NCBI RefSeq assembly: GCF_016433145.1
Contig: NC_058135.1
Span: 246,265,378-246,329,377, forward strand
Length of the DNA: 64,000 nt
DNA from: Gracilinanus agilis
Taxonomy: Eukaryota
Direction: 5' to 3'
Made by a program: the position numbers and the translations under genes. Shown one piece after another: positions 48,480-61,100 of the stretch. Numbering within the stretch: position 1 is the stretch's first letter; each line of letters opens with the position of its first letter. The notes beneath the pieces were generated by a model. The model did no database searches. It was not told the DNA's origin and worked only from the letters and a program-made list of their open reading frames with translations.

Positions 48480-49460
48480 TGTTATAGAACTCTTTTCTAA
48501 TTGTATTTCAACTGGAATGTTATATTCAGTTCTTGGGACCACAGTTTAAAAATGGCATTGATGAGTTACAGAATGGAGAGGAGGGCATCTAGTAAATTAA
48601 AGAGAACAAAATAATATCATATGAAAAGCAATGAAAAGAGATTCACGCTTCAGTCTTTCCTATTCTCTCACTTATCTTCAACCTCTCCCACTACTTTCCT
48701 ATTATCTAATAACATTCCTACCTTTCCCCTATCCTCTAAAAACACATTTACTCCATCTATCCTCTCTAACTTTTGTCCCATGTCTCTCCTTCACTTAGTG
48801 TCTAAATAATTTGAAAAGATATACTACAGTAAGTATCTCTACTTCCTTTCCACTCACTAATAACTCTATAGTTTGGCTTCCAACCTTCTCATTCCAAAGA
48901 AATGTCTTTCAAAGTCACTAATTATCTAATTGCCAAAGTCAATGGCTTTTTCTCAATCATTAGCCTCATTGACCTTTTCACAATCTCTAACAGTATTGGT
49001 CATCCTCTTCTCCCTGATATTCACTTCTTTGTAAGTTGTTTGGTTTTTTTGTGACATCATTCCTTCATTGGTCTCCTCCTACGTTTTTGATCACTCATCA
49101 GTCTCCTTTACTAAATCTTCACAGAGTGCCTGTCATATAATGCCTGTCATAAACACAGTAAATGTTTATTGACTGACTGATAGAAGACCTTTGGGGAGAG
49201 AGTATGATAATTTAAATATCTGAACATTTGTAATGTGAAAGAAGCATTAGAGTTGCTAAGTTTACCCCCAAATAGCTGAACTAGGAGTAAAGCATAAATG
49301 TTGAAGAGAAGAAGATTTAGGCTTAATTTTAAGCAAAACTTTCCAAAAATTAAAAATGGAAAAAAATTAAATAGGCCATTTTTGCAGGTAATAAGTTGTT
49401 GTCCTTCCAGGGAGGTCTTCAAGCAAAGACTGAATAATAACTTCTTGGGCAAATTTTAGA
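48480..49460 (+). mobile_element. L3/CR1 3' fragment interrupted by an L2 fragment (about 48630-49175)
   Basis: TTCAGTTCTTGGGACCACAGTTTAAAAATGGCATTGATG (L3), then L2 ending GTAAATGTTTATTGACTGACTGA, then L3 resumes AGAAGACCTTTGGGGAGAG. Confidence 0.7.
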
Positions 49461-49674
49461 AACATTATAACTAAAAATAATAGAATTTGGGACTAGATAT
49501 CTAAGATATGCCAAAAGTGAGCAAATGTAGCATTCCTTCAAACAGACTTTTAAAGTAAATTCTGAAATTGAGTTTGGAACATGATGAGGAGGATATAGAA
49601 AAACAGCTCTTGGAATTGAAAGGTTCCTGGAAAAGTCAAGAGAGTGGAATTGGGGTAGAAGCAGATTCAAAGAA

Positions 49675-49945
49675 GTTTGTTGTTATTCAGTTGTTTTCAG
49701 TCACTTCTGATTTTCCATTGTCCCATTTGGGGTTTTCTTGGCGAAGAGACTGGAATGGTTTGCTATTTCCTTCTCCAGCTCATTTTACAGATGAAGAAAC
49801 TGAGGCAAACAAGATTACATGATTTGTCCATGTTCACACAGCTTGTAAGGCCTGTGTGAGGTCCAAGACCAGATTTAAACTTAGAAATATGAACCTTCAC
49901 AATTCCAAGCCCAGGGCTCTATCCACTAGATCACTTAGCTGCACT
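49675..49945 (-). mobile_element. MAR1-type CORE-SINE
   Basis: TTGTTGTTATTCAGTTGTTTTCAGTC tail, GGGTTTTCTTGGCGAAG, CORE; further copies at about 52255-52475 (-), 53720-53945 (+), 58785-59040 (-). Confidence 0.8.
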
Positions 49946-50354
49946 AGGTGGGGTAGTGGGGTATATGATTCTTGGGAAATAAGGATAACTTCCTATTTTA
50001 ATTAATTATTCTTACTACATAATACTCTCAGCTGTTTCTGCCTTGTCAAAAGAGCCTAAGTCCTGGCAGTGCCCACTAAATTTGGTTCCTCATACAAAGC
50101 TCTTGTTGCCCTGCCCAAATTATGATTCTCAAGTGTGGATTTTTTTCATATATAAGTTGAACTAAATGGTCTCTGAGGTCTCATTCACTCTGGATTCTCT
50201 GATTCTCTAACTTGAATATATTAAGAGCAATGAGCTCTTCTTTACTAACTCATCACTTATCTTCTGTTTAAGCACAAGGTTCCCAATAACTTTCTCCCCC
50301 ATTTTTCAGAGTCTGAAGCCTAGTAAATCTTAGTAAAGATTCATCTTAGTAAGA

Positions 50355-50560
50355 AATCTTAGTAAAGAAAACAAAAGTAAAATAAGACTTGAGCTTTGCT
50401 ACTTTCTCACCATTGCCCGCTATCAATGCGCTATGCACTCCAAGCAGATGTCCTATCTTTTCTCTTTGATCTTCTCCTTGCCCTCAATATATCGAAAGAA
50501 GCCCTTTTTTGTTGAATTACACCTTCCAGGGAGAAAGCCATCTCCGAAAATTGCTCAAAT
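50355..50560 (-). mobile_element. CR1/L3 ORF2 pre-RT (tether) fragment
   Basis: Across two frameshifts reads GFFRYIEGKEKIKE / IGHLLGVHSALIAGNGEKVAKLKSYFTFVF, matching the CR1 pattern K.FF.Y...K...KE.IGPLL.......EKAE.LN.YFASVF. Confidence 0.7.
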
Positions 50561-51084
50561 AATATGTAGGAGTCAGCACTGAAGGTAGAAATATTTTCTT
50601 ACTTCAATAAGAAAATATTTCAAGTCATAGGTGAAATTCAAATGTGAGTTCCCTTTGGTGAATAAATGAACATAAAACTCAATGTGGAAAGTAAACAACA
50701 TGAAGCCATCAGCTCTGTGATTTGGCTGCCCCAGCAGGAAAGAAGTTCACCTGTTTCAATCCTTTGGGGACTATTCTATTCCCTGAAGCTGCATGCACCT
50801 ACAGGGCAGCTAGTGAGGACTTTGACTTCACTAGGAAATTCATTTCAAAGTAGGGGAAAAGGAGGAAAGAAAGAGAATTAGCATTTATATGGCACCTACT
50901 ATGTGTCAGCCATGATGTTAAGTGCTTTGTAAATATCTCATTTTTTTCCTCACAACAACCTCATGAAGAAGGTGCTGTTATTATTCCCATTTTACATTGA
51001 GGAAAGTGCGCCAAACAGAGGTATGACTTATCTTTCTTCCTTTTCAAACCTGTACCTTCCATCATAGAATCAATATTATGAATT

Positions 51085-51225
51085 AAGAGAGAAGAATAGC
51101 AAGGGCTAAGCAATGGGGTTTAAGTCTTTTGCCCAGAATCACATAGCTAGGAAATGTCTGAGATCAGATTTGAACCCAAGTCCTCTTGCCTCTAGACCTA
51201 TCTCTCTCTCCACTGAGCCACCTCC
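51085..51225 (-). mobile_element. SINE1_Mdo-type SINE
   Basis: AAGGGCTAAGCAATGGGGTT...GATTTGAACCC...CCACTGAGCCACC on the minus strand. Confidence 0.8.
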
Positions 51226-52499
51226 CTGTCCTTTTAGTGACTTTAACCTTTCTTGCCCCTCTTACCTCATCTGTAAAAGAGAAGACATCTCTTCGAGATC
51301 TAAATCTATGATCTAATTTCTATCACCACTCCAGGCTGATGTTTCTGACTGTCCAAATCTACAAACATCAGCCACCATATAAAAGGTAAAGTAAGAATTT
51401 TCTTGACAAAACAAAATTCAAAGTAAAGGCTGGCAGAATTAAAGGAGGAAATTTAAAAGGGATGTGTCAGAGATAGAGAAAGACATGCATTCTCACCCAT
51501 GTCAAAGGTTTCAGAGTACAAAGATAACACCCAGAAAAGGAAGACCACTGAATATTTGGAATAAAATAGTAGCTAAGAGGGTTTTTTTTTCCTGTAGAGT
51601 AGGAAACTGGACCCTTATGGAGAAAGAAGCAACTTCTAGAGCTATAAGGAATGATAATGTGAAGCCATAGGCATCATTGTGTCAGAGGCCATCCTCTAAT
51701 GTTTAGAGGGAAAAAGAAAGAATTCTGGTACCTGATTATTCCCCACTAAGGGGTACTGAGACAGCAATACTTTGACCTGACAAAAATATTACAGAGATTA
51801 AGTGTCTAAAGAGAGGGAGAATGAGATGGAGGGAAGAAGGAGGGAAAGGGAATAGTTTGCTGTAAAGTAGATGAGACACAGTCAGAAGATCTAGTAAAAT
51901 GTGGCTTTTATCACTTTCTAGCTATATGATTTGGGGCAATTCACTTAACCTCTCTGAAATTCATTTTCTTTCCTTGCAAAAGTATGCCTTGCTTACCTAA
52001 TAGGGCTGCTACCGTGGACAAAACCAGTGCCATGTGTAATGTATGCGATGTCCAACTACTTTAATTTCAACTGTCTCTACTCTTAAATTGAAGGGATCCC
52101 TGAAGGGGTGAATGAACAGGGACTTGAGTAAACAGGGACTTGGGAGGTGCCAACATGCTGCCATCTTTGGTCTAGGCTACTTTGAATAATCTTATCAAAT
52201 TTTTGACAGAAATGTTTAATACTAATAAGAGATATGATGAGAGAATAATGTTGTTGACCCAATTTGGGAATTTTCTGGGCAAAGATACTAGAAAGGGCTT
52301 GCCATTTTCTTCTCCAGCTCACTTTATAGATGAGGAAACTGAGGAAAACAGTGTTAAATTATTTTCTAAGGGCCACACAGCTAGTAAGTGTCTGGTGTCA
52401 TATTGATATTCAGAAGGATGAGTCTTCCTGATTCCAGACCTAGGACTCTAATAGCTTCATCACCTAGCTGTCCTAACAATGGCAGTTAGATGAAAAAAA

Positions 52500-53170
52500 A
52501 ATGGGAGTTCTTAATTGAAAGAGTAGGAAATGATACCTCAGAAGAGCCACGCCTTGGGCAGTTATTAAAGGGAGAAAAGGTACAAAAATTTGCATCGTTA
52601 TACCTAATCTTGGAATGGGTAATAGATCCTCTTTCGAAGTTGGAGACCAATAAAGTCGAGCTCCTTGGGCAAGCTTTTATGAAGTCAAAGGTTAGCAGGA
52701 AATATGGCAAAGTGAGTAGTCCCAATTTTTTGTCTTGGCATTAATGGAGCCAATCACAGGCAAAGTGATTTGTATCTCTTGTTAATCAGGGGAAATTCTG
52801 AAGTCCTCCTTCTCTGAAGTGGCTGGTTGTGCCTAACAAGAAAGAAAGATTTACCTTGCTCAGGGTTTGGGGTTTTTCTGACAACAAAGTCTGGAAATGC
52901 ATCCTGGGAATCACATGTAAATGTAGGAGCATCTTCAAAGAGAAATATCTGACCAAACTATCTAAAATAATCAAGTAACCATGTCAAGAGGAGCCAAGAC
53001 ATTTGATAATAGCTGCTTAGAGCCACTAAGGACTGGATGAGTAGCGATGGATAGCCAGCAGCAGTTGGATTAGCAAGAAAAGAAGAAGCCTTTGTCAGAC
53101 TGTGTTTAATCGAGATATCTAGATTGTTTTTTAACAGGTTTCTTGCAATGGAAATTTCTGTTAGCAAGGT
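52500..53170 (-). mobile_element. Ancient L2-clade ORF2 C-terminal remnant
   Basis: ORF 52958-53167 ARNLLKNNLDISIKHSLTKASSFLAN...LLIQSLVALSSYY resembles the L2 pattern RNLG..LD.SLS....VTKS..F.L.N...LVQALIISRLDY. Confidence 0.45.
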
Positions 53171-54979
53171 ATGGTGTGGTATGATAATATCCCTGGATTT
53201 TCTTATTGGTACTATAAAATGGAAAAACTATAAAATCTCTCAGATTAAGCTAGAGTCTTCTGTATTGTAAAATCCTCTAATATAAACATTATAGAAATAT
53301 TATTATAGAAAAATTATTATTCTTAAACATGAACATTAGAATTAACTTATTTACTTTTAAAATTTTATTTATGATGAGAAGCAGCATAAAGTAATGAATA
53401 AAAAGCCTGGTAATCAGAAACATCTGGATTGAAGTCCTGCATCGTGATTCTAGACAAGTTACTTGATAAATCAACTGATAACTTTTGGAGGCTATAACCT
53501 GCAGAAGAAAGCCTAACCTGTATTGAGAGGTAGAGTTTCCTCCTGGGAAAATTCCTATATCAAGGTCCAGTAAAAAAAATAATAATACATTTGTTTTTGC
53601 TACAATGGACACTTCCCAAGCAAATATCTCAACACATCTTTCCATGAAGTAAATTTTGTAATACTCAGATGAACTGGTGTCCTTTATCTTTGACAGTATG
53701 GTAATTAAAATGTCAGCCAGGTAGTAAAGTGGATAGAGTGCCAGGCTTGGAGTCAGAAAGATCTGAGTTCAAATTTAGTCCCAGCTACTTTATGATCCTG
53801 GGCAAATCACTTAAACATGCTTGATTCAATTTCTCATATGTAAAATGAGCTGAAGAAGAAAATGGCAAATCAGTCCAGTATGTTTGCCAAGAAAATGGCA
53901 AAGAAAATGGCAAAATGACTGAACAACAAGTGGTAATAACAATAACCACTGCAATTAATGAAAATAATGCTGCCATTCTTTGAGGACTTTACTTACTTTG
54001 CTAAAAGTCATTTTTAACTTTCTTTTGGAACTTCTTGCTTAATTATTTGCCTACAAGATCACAGATGCATGTCTGGAAAGAAACTCAGAGACTAAGTGGT
54101 ATTGGAATAGAGCACCTAGCCCTGGAATCAGAAAAACCTGAATTCATAAATGACCTTACACACTACCTATTGATCCTGGGCAGGTCATATATCCTCAGTT
54201 ATCTCAATTTTCTTATTTGTAAAATGGGGTTAAAAAGAGCACCCACTAACCAGGGTTGTTGTGGGGCTCAAATAAAATCTGTAAATTGTTTAGCATGGTT
54301 TCTGGCTAATAGACTCATTAAATTCTTATTTCCTTCGAACTTATTCAACTCCTTTATTTTTTAGCTAAAGTAAATGAGGTCTAAAAAGGAGGTTACCTAC
54401 TTGCCTAAACTAAAGGCAAAATTTGACCTGGCTTCATCTGGCACCAGATGGAGTGAGTGCTCTTCACATAAATGGCTCCCCATGTTTCTTGGAGTTCATG
54501 TGTTCTTGGATAGTTCAGAAATGGAGTTCAGAAATTATAATTTGTCCAGCCATTCCTCCATCATTTTTTCATGAATAATGAATGATTCATTAATTATATT
54601 TGTATCTCTATGTCTTTAATTGTTATCACTGGCCTCCTTGATATGTAATCCCAGTCATTGAATCTCTGGGTCAATGGGAATAAAAACTTAATAACTTTTC
54701 TTGCCCAATTTAAATGGTTTTCTAGTATTGACCCTTTGACTATAAAGGAACTCTTTCCTGGAGTGTACTGGAGTGAAATGCTTAGTGAAAACTTGTACTA
54801 TTCACTCTCCACTTGGTCTGTCTGCCTGTGATGTTGACAATTTAAATGCAGGTAGCTGAGTTTGAGGGAATGTGGGGGAGGAAGGTTTGGAATGGGGTAT
54901 ATTCAGATCTGGTTGTAAATTCACTGAAAAAATAATTGAAGAAATGTTTATGATGAGAAACTATAATTAGGAGTAATAA

Positions 54980-55460
54980 GGTGGAATTAAGGGAAAGAAA
55001 ATAACAAGTTTACAATAAGATTCCTGTATGAGGTATTCAAATTTAATTGTGTATTTTAAGTAATGCCAGACTTCCAGATGCTGTTGGAATGAGGACTGGA
55101 TACAAATAGGTTCATACAGAAATGACTTTGGAATCAATAAGCTGAGACTGGGACACATTAGACACCCAGATACTGTGTTTCAATTGCTTGTCTGATACTG
55201 GTGTTTCGATATATACAAATCCTATTGGGCTGAGACTGTGTGATCATCTCCCCCCTTTCATAATTCACTAAGAGGAATGGAAAATTCCCCAAAAAGACTC
55301 GCCTTCTCAGCATATTCGATTTGCATATGAAGCGATCCATTTCAGAGTTGAAGCATCAAACCCTAGGAGGCTAATTTATCCAATAGAATGTTATAATCAT
55401 CCGTATCAAATGCATTGCTCAGATCCTCAAAGAAGGAGGGGTGGGAGAAGAAGAGGAAAC
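54980..55460 (-). mobile_element. Ancient L2/CR1-clade RT remnant
   Basis: FEDLSNAFDTDDYNILLDKLAS then GFDASTLKWIASY, matching the non-LTR RT motif F.DLS.AFDT.DH.ILL.KL...G...L.W..SY. Confidence 0.65.
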
Positions 55461-56519
55461 TCATATTCATGCCATTTTTAATCTCACACCATTGCAAAAA
55501 AGCTACATATTCAGCCAGAGAACATACTGCAAGAAATGGTACAATTTGGAAATATTGCATGAGTTTTTGGCTTTGGAGCACTGCAGAAGCAAATTATTGA
55601 GTGCTTTCACTTTGAATCATCTTCTTCTTATGTTAGGGGTATAGGATAAGACACCAGATTTGAAGTAAAAAATCCTGTGTTAATCAAAGAGCTTCCACTT
55701 ACTAATCTAATCATTTCAACCAACATTTTTGAAGAATCTAATAATTGCAACACACTTTGTTATTACTGGGCATGCTAATGCAAAACTTAAATAGCCTTTG
55801 CTATCAAGATTATTCTACTGGGAGTGAGGAAGTCTATTACCTACATGACCTTAACCAAGCCATTCTCTCATGTGACTATGACCAAGCAATTCTTCCTCAT
55901 TAGTACTCATTATATTCCTTTATAAAATGAAGAACAGACAGGTTGGGGAGGAAGAGTTGGTCCACTGCTGAGCTTATCATCAGGAAGACCTAAATCCAAA
56001 ACCTGCCTGAGCTATTTACTACCTGTCTCATCCTGAATGAGCCATTTAATCTCTCCTGATTCAGTTTCTTTCTAGATAAAGTAATAGAAATTGGACTGCA
56101 TGGCTTTTAAGTTTCTTTCTAATTTTATATGTGACTATCAAGATTATGTCTATCTGAAACAATAAATCAAGTTGTAGTTCTATTATATGAGCATCTATAA
56201 CAACTGGGAATGGTAGGATGTAGAGAAGACCGCATAGCATACTGAAAAGAAATTGGGACCAGGAGCCAAGAATTCTGGATCTCTTTAAGGTTCTGCCTAT
56301 AGCTAGTTGCATAATTGCCCATAAAACTTTATTGTCCTTATTCCATAAAATGAAAGGGTTGTATTGGTGTAGTAGATAGAAAGCCTGCCCATCTGTGCAG
56401 AAGACTTGGGTCATTCCTCTGATACTAAGTGACCCTGGGTTACCATAAACTCTCAGTACTGTTAGGCAGCTATAAATTGAAAAACAGACCATTAAGTGAT
56501 TTTCCTAAAGCACAAGTCT

Positions 56520-56970
56520 GATCATATCCCCGGCTCTCTACTCATAAACTCCAGTGACCCCATATTGTCTCCAAGATCAAGTATGAAATGCTCTGTTTGG
56601 CATTCAAAGCCCTTTATAACCAGCTCCCTCCTATTTTTCCAGTCTTCTTCCACCTTACTCTGAAAATACTCCCAGTGACACTGACCTCCTTTCTGTTCAA
56701 CAAACAAAACCCTTTTCTGACTACTGACCTCCTTGGCTTCCTTTAAGACCCAATTCAAATCCCATCTTATACTGGAAACCTATATTCTAGTTAAATATGT
56801 CCTATGTATCCTAAAAAAGATTACTTTGCCTATATGTATTTGCATGTTGTCTCCCCCATTAGATTGTAAGCTCCTTGAGGACAGAGACCTTTGCCTCTTT
56901 TTGTATCCCTACCATTTAGCACACTTCCTGCCACATACTCGCACTTAATTAGTGTTGATTGGTTAGTTAA
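56520..56970 (+). mobile_element. L2 3' fragment
   Basis: CTCCAGTGACCCCATATTGTCTCCAAGATCAAG, GTCTCCCCCATTAGATTGTAAGCTCCTTGAGGACAG. Confidence 0.85.
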
Positions 56971-57200
56971 TCGGTGATCTGCTTTAGTAACAGGTTTTTA
57001 TCATATCTAGAGTTCCCAAAAACATTGAAATCACAGGTCTAGACAATAAAAAGGGGGAAAAAAGAAATAAACAATATAAGCGATCTATAGAAATATGGTG
57101 GAGAAATCTGAATAAACTATGGCAGAGTTAAGTAAGAAGACCAACAGAATGCTAAACACAATAAAATTAATAGTGTAAATTAAAAGAACCCTAAGTGGAG

Positions 57201-57402
57201 GTAGTGAGGTGGCTAAGTGAATAGAGAGTCAGGGCTAGAGCTAAAAAATCCTATGTTCAAATCTAACGCTTCGTAACTGTGTGATCCTGAGGAAGTCACT
57301 TAACCTCCATTGCCTAGAAGACCTTACCACTTTTCTGCCTTGGAACCAATACTTTGTATTAATTCTAAGATGTAAAGTGAGGGTTGAAAAAAGAAGGAAA
57401 AA
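57201..57402 (+). mobile_element. SINE1_Mdo-type SINE with TSD
   Basis: Perfect 14-bp TSD AACCCTAAGTGGAG (57187-57200 / 57403-57416). Confidence 0.9.
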
Positions 57403-58249
57403 AACCCTAAGTGGAGATGAAACCACGTCTAAGCTTAGTTCTAGGGAACAAACAGGTAATGAATTACACCTCCCTCTAGGAGGTGAGATGCTATATTATA
57501 TTAACTTTCAGATGCAGTTATTGTGCTGATTGGTTTCTTGCCTTTTTACCAAAAAAGCTCAAGGCTTAATAAGATAAAGATCTATAAAGAGAATTGACTG
57601 TGATGTTTAAGAAAATTTCATAATGCTTTAAAAAAATCCAAATAAATAATTTCCATGGTTGTCACAGACACTATACTAAGACTTTTTTCCCTTTAAATTT
57701 TTATATTGATCCTTTATGTATTTGAGGAGGGTTTTTTCCCCAAAGCAAAGAGAAATGATACTAGAGATCCAAATCACGAAGTCCAAAGGCTGCATTAGGT
57801 TTCTATGATAGGACGAATCTGTGTTACTATTAAACATTTAAGGACCTGGAAGATGAAAAATCTCAGCTCAGGTCTATATGGCAGTATTACAAGAATGCCA
57901 TATCCTTTGAGAGTTAGTTTCTGTGGTAACAGTAAACCTGTCCAAGAAAACGATTTGGTATACATGGAGGCCAAAAGGACCTGCTCCATTGTCTTCTAAA
58001 TGGTAGTCACAGAATCAAGCCTCAGCCCCCAAAGCTCCTGGAGACTAGTGTGGCTTGCCTTTCTCTCTCATTCCTGGAACTTCATACCAGTTTCATCACT
58101 TCAATATTACCATACCAGAACAGGAAAGAGTTTTACACAACTATTGACAGTGCAACAAAGTCAAAATTCCAGATACCTTATCAGAGTTCCAGAGTTGGAA
58201 TCACCAACCTTAGACATCATTTCTTTCTTTCTCTAAATAACTGGGAATC

Positions 58250-59520
58250 TCTTTTACAAAGTTAGAAATAAGTTTCATCCAGTCACTATTCAAAGTCTTT
58301 CATTTAGAAGAGAACCCACAACTCCATTATGGCTACTTCTTTTATTTAGGATCCTGAAATTGGCCTCTCTTTAATATCCACCCATTGCTTTCAGTCTTAC
58401 CCTCTAGCACTGAGCACAACAAGTCTATTCCTTTTTCCATATAACAGTATTTCAGGTTCTTGCAGAGCTATCATAATCCCCTGATTCTTATCTTTAAGGC
58501 TTAACACTACCAGTTCTTTGAATTGATCCTCAAAATATGGCTTCCAATTTCATCACCATCTTTGTTTTCTTAACCTCTCCTCTTGTCCCCGTGAGTATAA
58601 AAACACAGTCTTCCCCGCACTGTTTTCCTCTGGACACAAACTATTTATCAATATTCTTTCTAAAATGTGATTAGTTGAACCAAAAATGATGCTTCATATG
58701 TAGTTTTACCAGAACAAAGAGAATCTATGGATTCAAGGAGCATTCTACGAAAAATTACTTTCCAAGTTTTTATTGTTGTTCAGTTGTTGGGTGTTTTTTA
58801 GTCATTTCTGATTCTCCAAGATCCCAGTTGGGATTTTCTTGGCAAAGATACTGGAGGAGTTTGCCATTCCTTTTTCCATTCATTTTACAGATGAGGAAAC
58901 TGAGACAAACAGAAGGAAATGACTTGTCCTGGGTTACAAAGCTTGTAAGTGTTTGAAGTTGGAATTGAACTCAGGAAGATATCTTCCTAACTGCAAGCCC
59001 AGCATTCCACACAACATATTCCTTAGCTGCTCCTTTCAAGCTTATTTCAATTCATTAATGGCTACATGTTCAGTCCAGGTGCTTATAAGTTCCAGGCACA
59101 ACTCACCATCCTGTCATCTCAACCACATTTCCCTTTCTTGTTCAAAAGGAGAACCTGAGAGACTGCTAAAACTCATATATTATGTCCAAAATAGTCTTCT
59201 AATATACCAGGCTAGTAAGCCTGTTTTTTTTAAAAAATGAGATTAGTTATGGAGAAGTAGGCTCATGAATAATTTGGTGAAGCCATTCTGACTTAGTAAT
59301 CATTAATTCTCTGTCTAAATGCTCACAAACAATCCCCTTTAACAGTATAATCTATAACTTTATCAGGAATATAACTCTGTCAAGCTTGCTAGCCAAGTAT
59401 CTGACAATAATTCTCTTCCCTCTTCTAAAAATCAAAACTATACTTGCCGGTTTCCAACATTGCTGTATTTGTATAATTTTCCACAGTTTTCATAGAATAA
59501 CTGAATGAATCTGAGAAATC
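58250..59520 (-). mobile_element. L3/CR1 fragment split by a MAR1 SINE
   Basis: CTCTGGACACAAACTATTTATCAAT and ATGAATAATTTGGTGAAGCCATTCTGACT (reverse L3 RT blocks). Confidence 0.6.
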
Positions 59521-60499
59521 ATATGGTTAGGATTTGCTTTATTTTAATTTTTTAAAGTTTTATTAGTAATCATTTTACCAAAAATGTAAAAAAAAAGATT
59601 AACATTCTTTACGACATAATGATTTGAATTACTGAAGACCAACTAATTTACTGTTGTTTAATAAATATTATATAATAAATAAATAATACATACAGACTTT
59701 TCAACTAAAGTGTAAGATTCTAGAAAGCAAAGACCATTTCATTTTTACTTTATATCTTTATCATTAAGCATAAAAGTAGCTTATAGTAGGTTTTTAGTAA
59801 ATGATTGTTTTTTTAATGTTATTTTCTCACTTATTAGTTTTCCTTTCCCTATAAGATTTTCTTACATTATGTACACGGTTATTTGTAGGCTATCCCTGCC
59901 ATGAGAATGAGAGTTCCTTGAGGACAAGGTTGAGGTTTTGGCATTTCTTTATACTCACTTTTTTGTACAGTGTCTGGAATATATTAAATAAATGTTTATT
60001 TTCTTATAACATTTGGGGCATTTTCTTCCACAGTTCAAAGAGCATTTTCTTTGCTACGAAAAAAACAATAGTAAACTAAGATTATTGAGTACTTCCATCC
60101 CATAGTTATCTGTTATCTATTATCATATCATTCTTTCAGTATACAAGATCTATAGCTTCTTTAATCTTTTTCTTTCCCTAACTCTTGCCATAGATAGATA
60201 GATCTATAGATAAATTATACATATATATGTGAATAATGTATATATACCTGCAACATTATTCACTCATATATAAAAATACAAATATGTATATATGCATATA
60301 TGTAGTGATTTCCACATGTTTTTATTATAAACATCAAAACATTCAAAAGTTAACTGTGTCTCAGTCCTCGCTGCAAATCATAATGGTAAACGTAACTATC
60401 TATAGGATCTTCCAGAGTTTATTTATTATTTATTTAAATTATTGTTTATTTTTATTAAGTAAAAGTATTATTCATTAAGTATTATTTATTAAAAACCAC

Positions 60500-61100
60500 T
60501 AAAGATAGGAACTAGAATGGGCTAGAATGTTGGATCAAATATAACAGCAAAACTCAATAAGTTCACTTGTAAATTCTAGCACCTGCTATCAATAGACTAA
60601 ACTGCATAGGTCCTGGATTGCTGACATAGATCATTTGAAGTAAGTCCTAGACCTCCTAGTGGAACATAAACTCAGTGTAAATTTGCAATATGATGTGATG
60701 GCCCAGAATGAATGGGATCTTAGGTTCTACAAAAAGAAATATAATATCTGGAGAAAGGAAAACCATAATTCTATTGCATTCTCTGCTACTCAAACAGTAT
60801 CTGCTATATTTTATACAGATCCAGTTGTTAAATGCTTAGAATGACTGAAAAACTAAAGTAGATCCTGAGTACAATTAGCACCACAAAGGGAGATAATTAA
60901 ATGACCCAGAAATATTTCACATAGAAAAGGAAGCATTTATTGTGGACAATAGAGCTGTCTTCCAAATTTCAAAGTATCCTCAGATGGAAAAGGAACTTAA
61001 CTTGTTCTGTTTAGCCCCAAAGGACAGGGCTGGTTGATACTAATAAGAAATTACATTTGGATTCAATATAAGGAAACATTCTTTAAAATGATCAGGACTT
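60500..61100 (+). mobile_element. L3/CR1 3' fragment
   Basis: AAACTCAGTGTAAATTTGCAATATGATGTG and CTTCCAAATTTCAAAGTATCCTCAGATGGAAAAGG. Confidence 0.6.

Noticed and set aside
51334-51373. Perfect 11-bp inverted repeat GGCTGATGTTT / AAACATCAGCC with an 18-nt loop (pre-miRNA or terminator-like)
   Set aside because: The stem does not extend to pre-miRNA length, and roughly one such repeat is expected by chance in 64 kb.
57780-58265. Cluster of short ORFs in unique sequence, considered as a possible endogenous viral element or retrocopy
   Set aside because: No recognisable viral or cellular motif, no consistent frame, and no polyA/TSD; tBLASTx against viral proteins would be needed.
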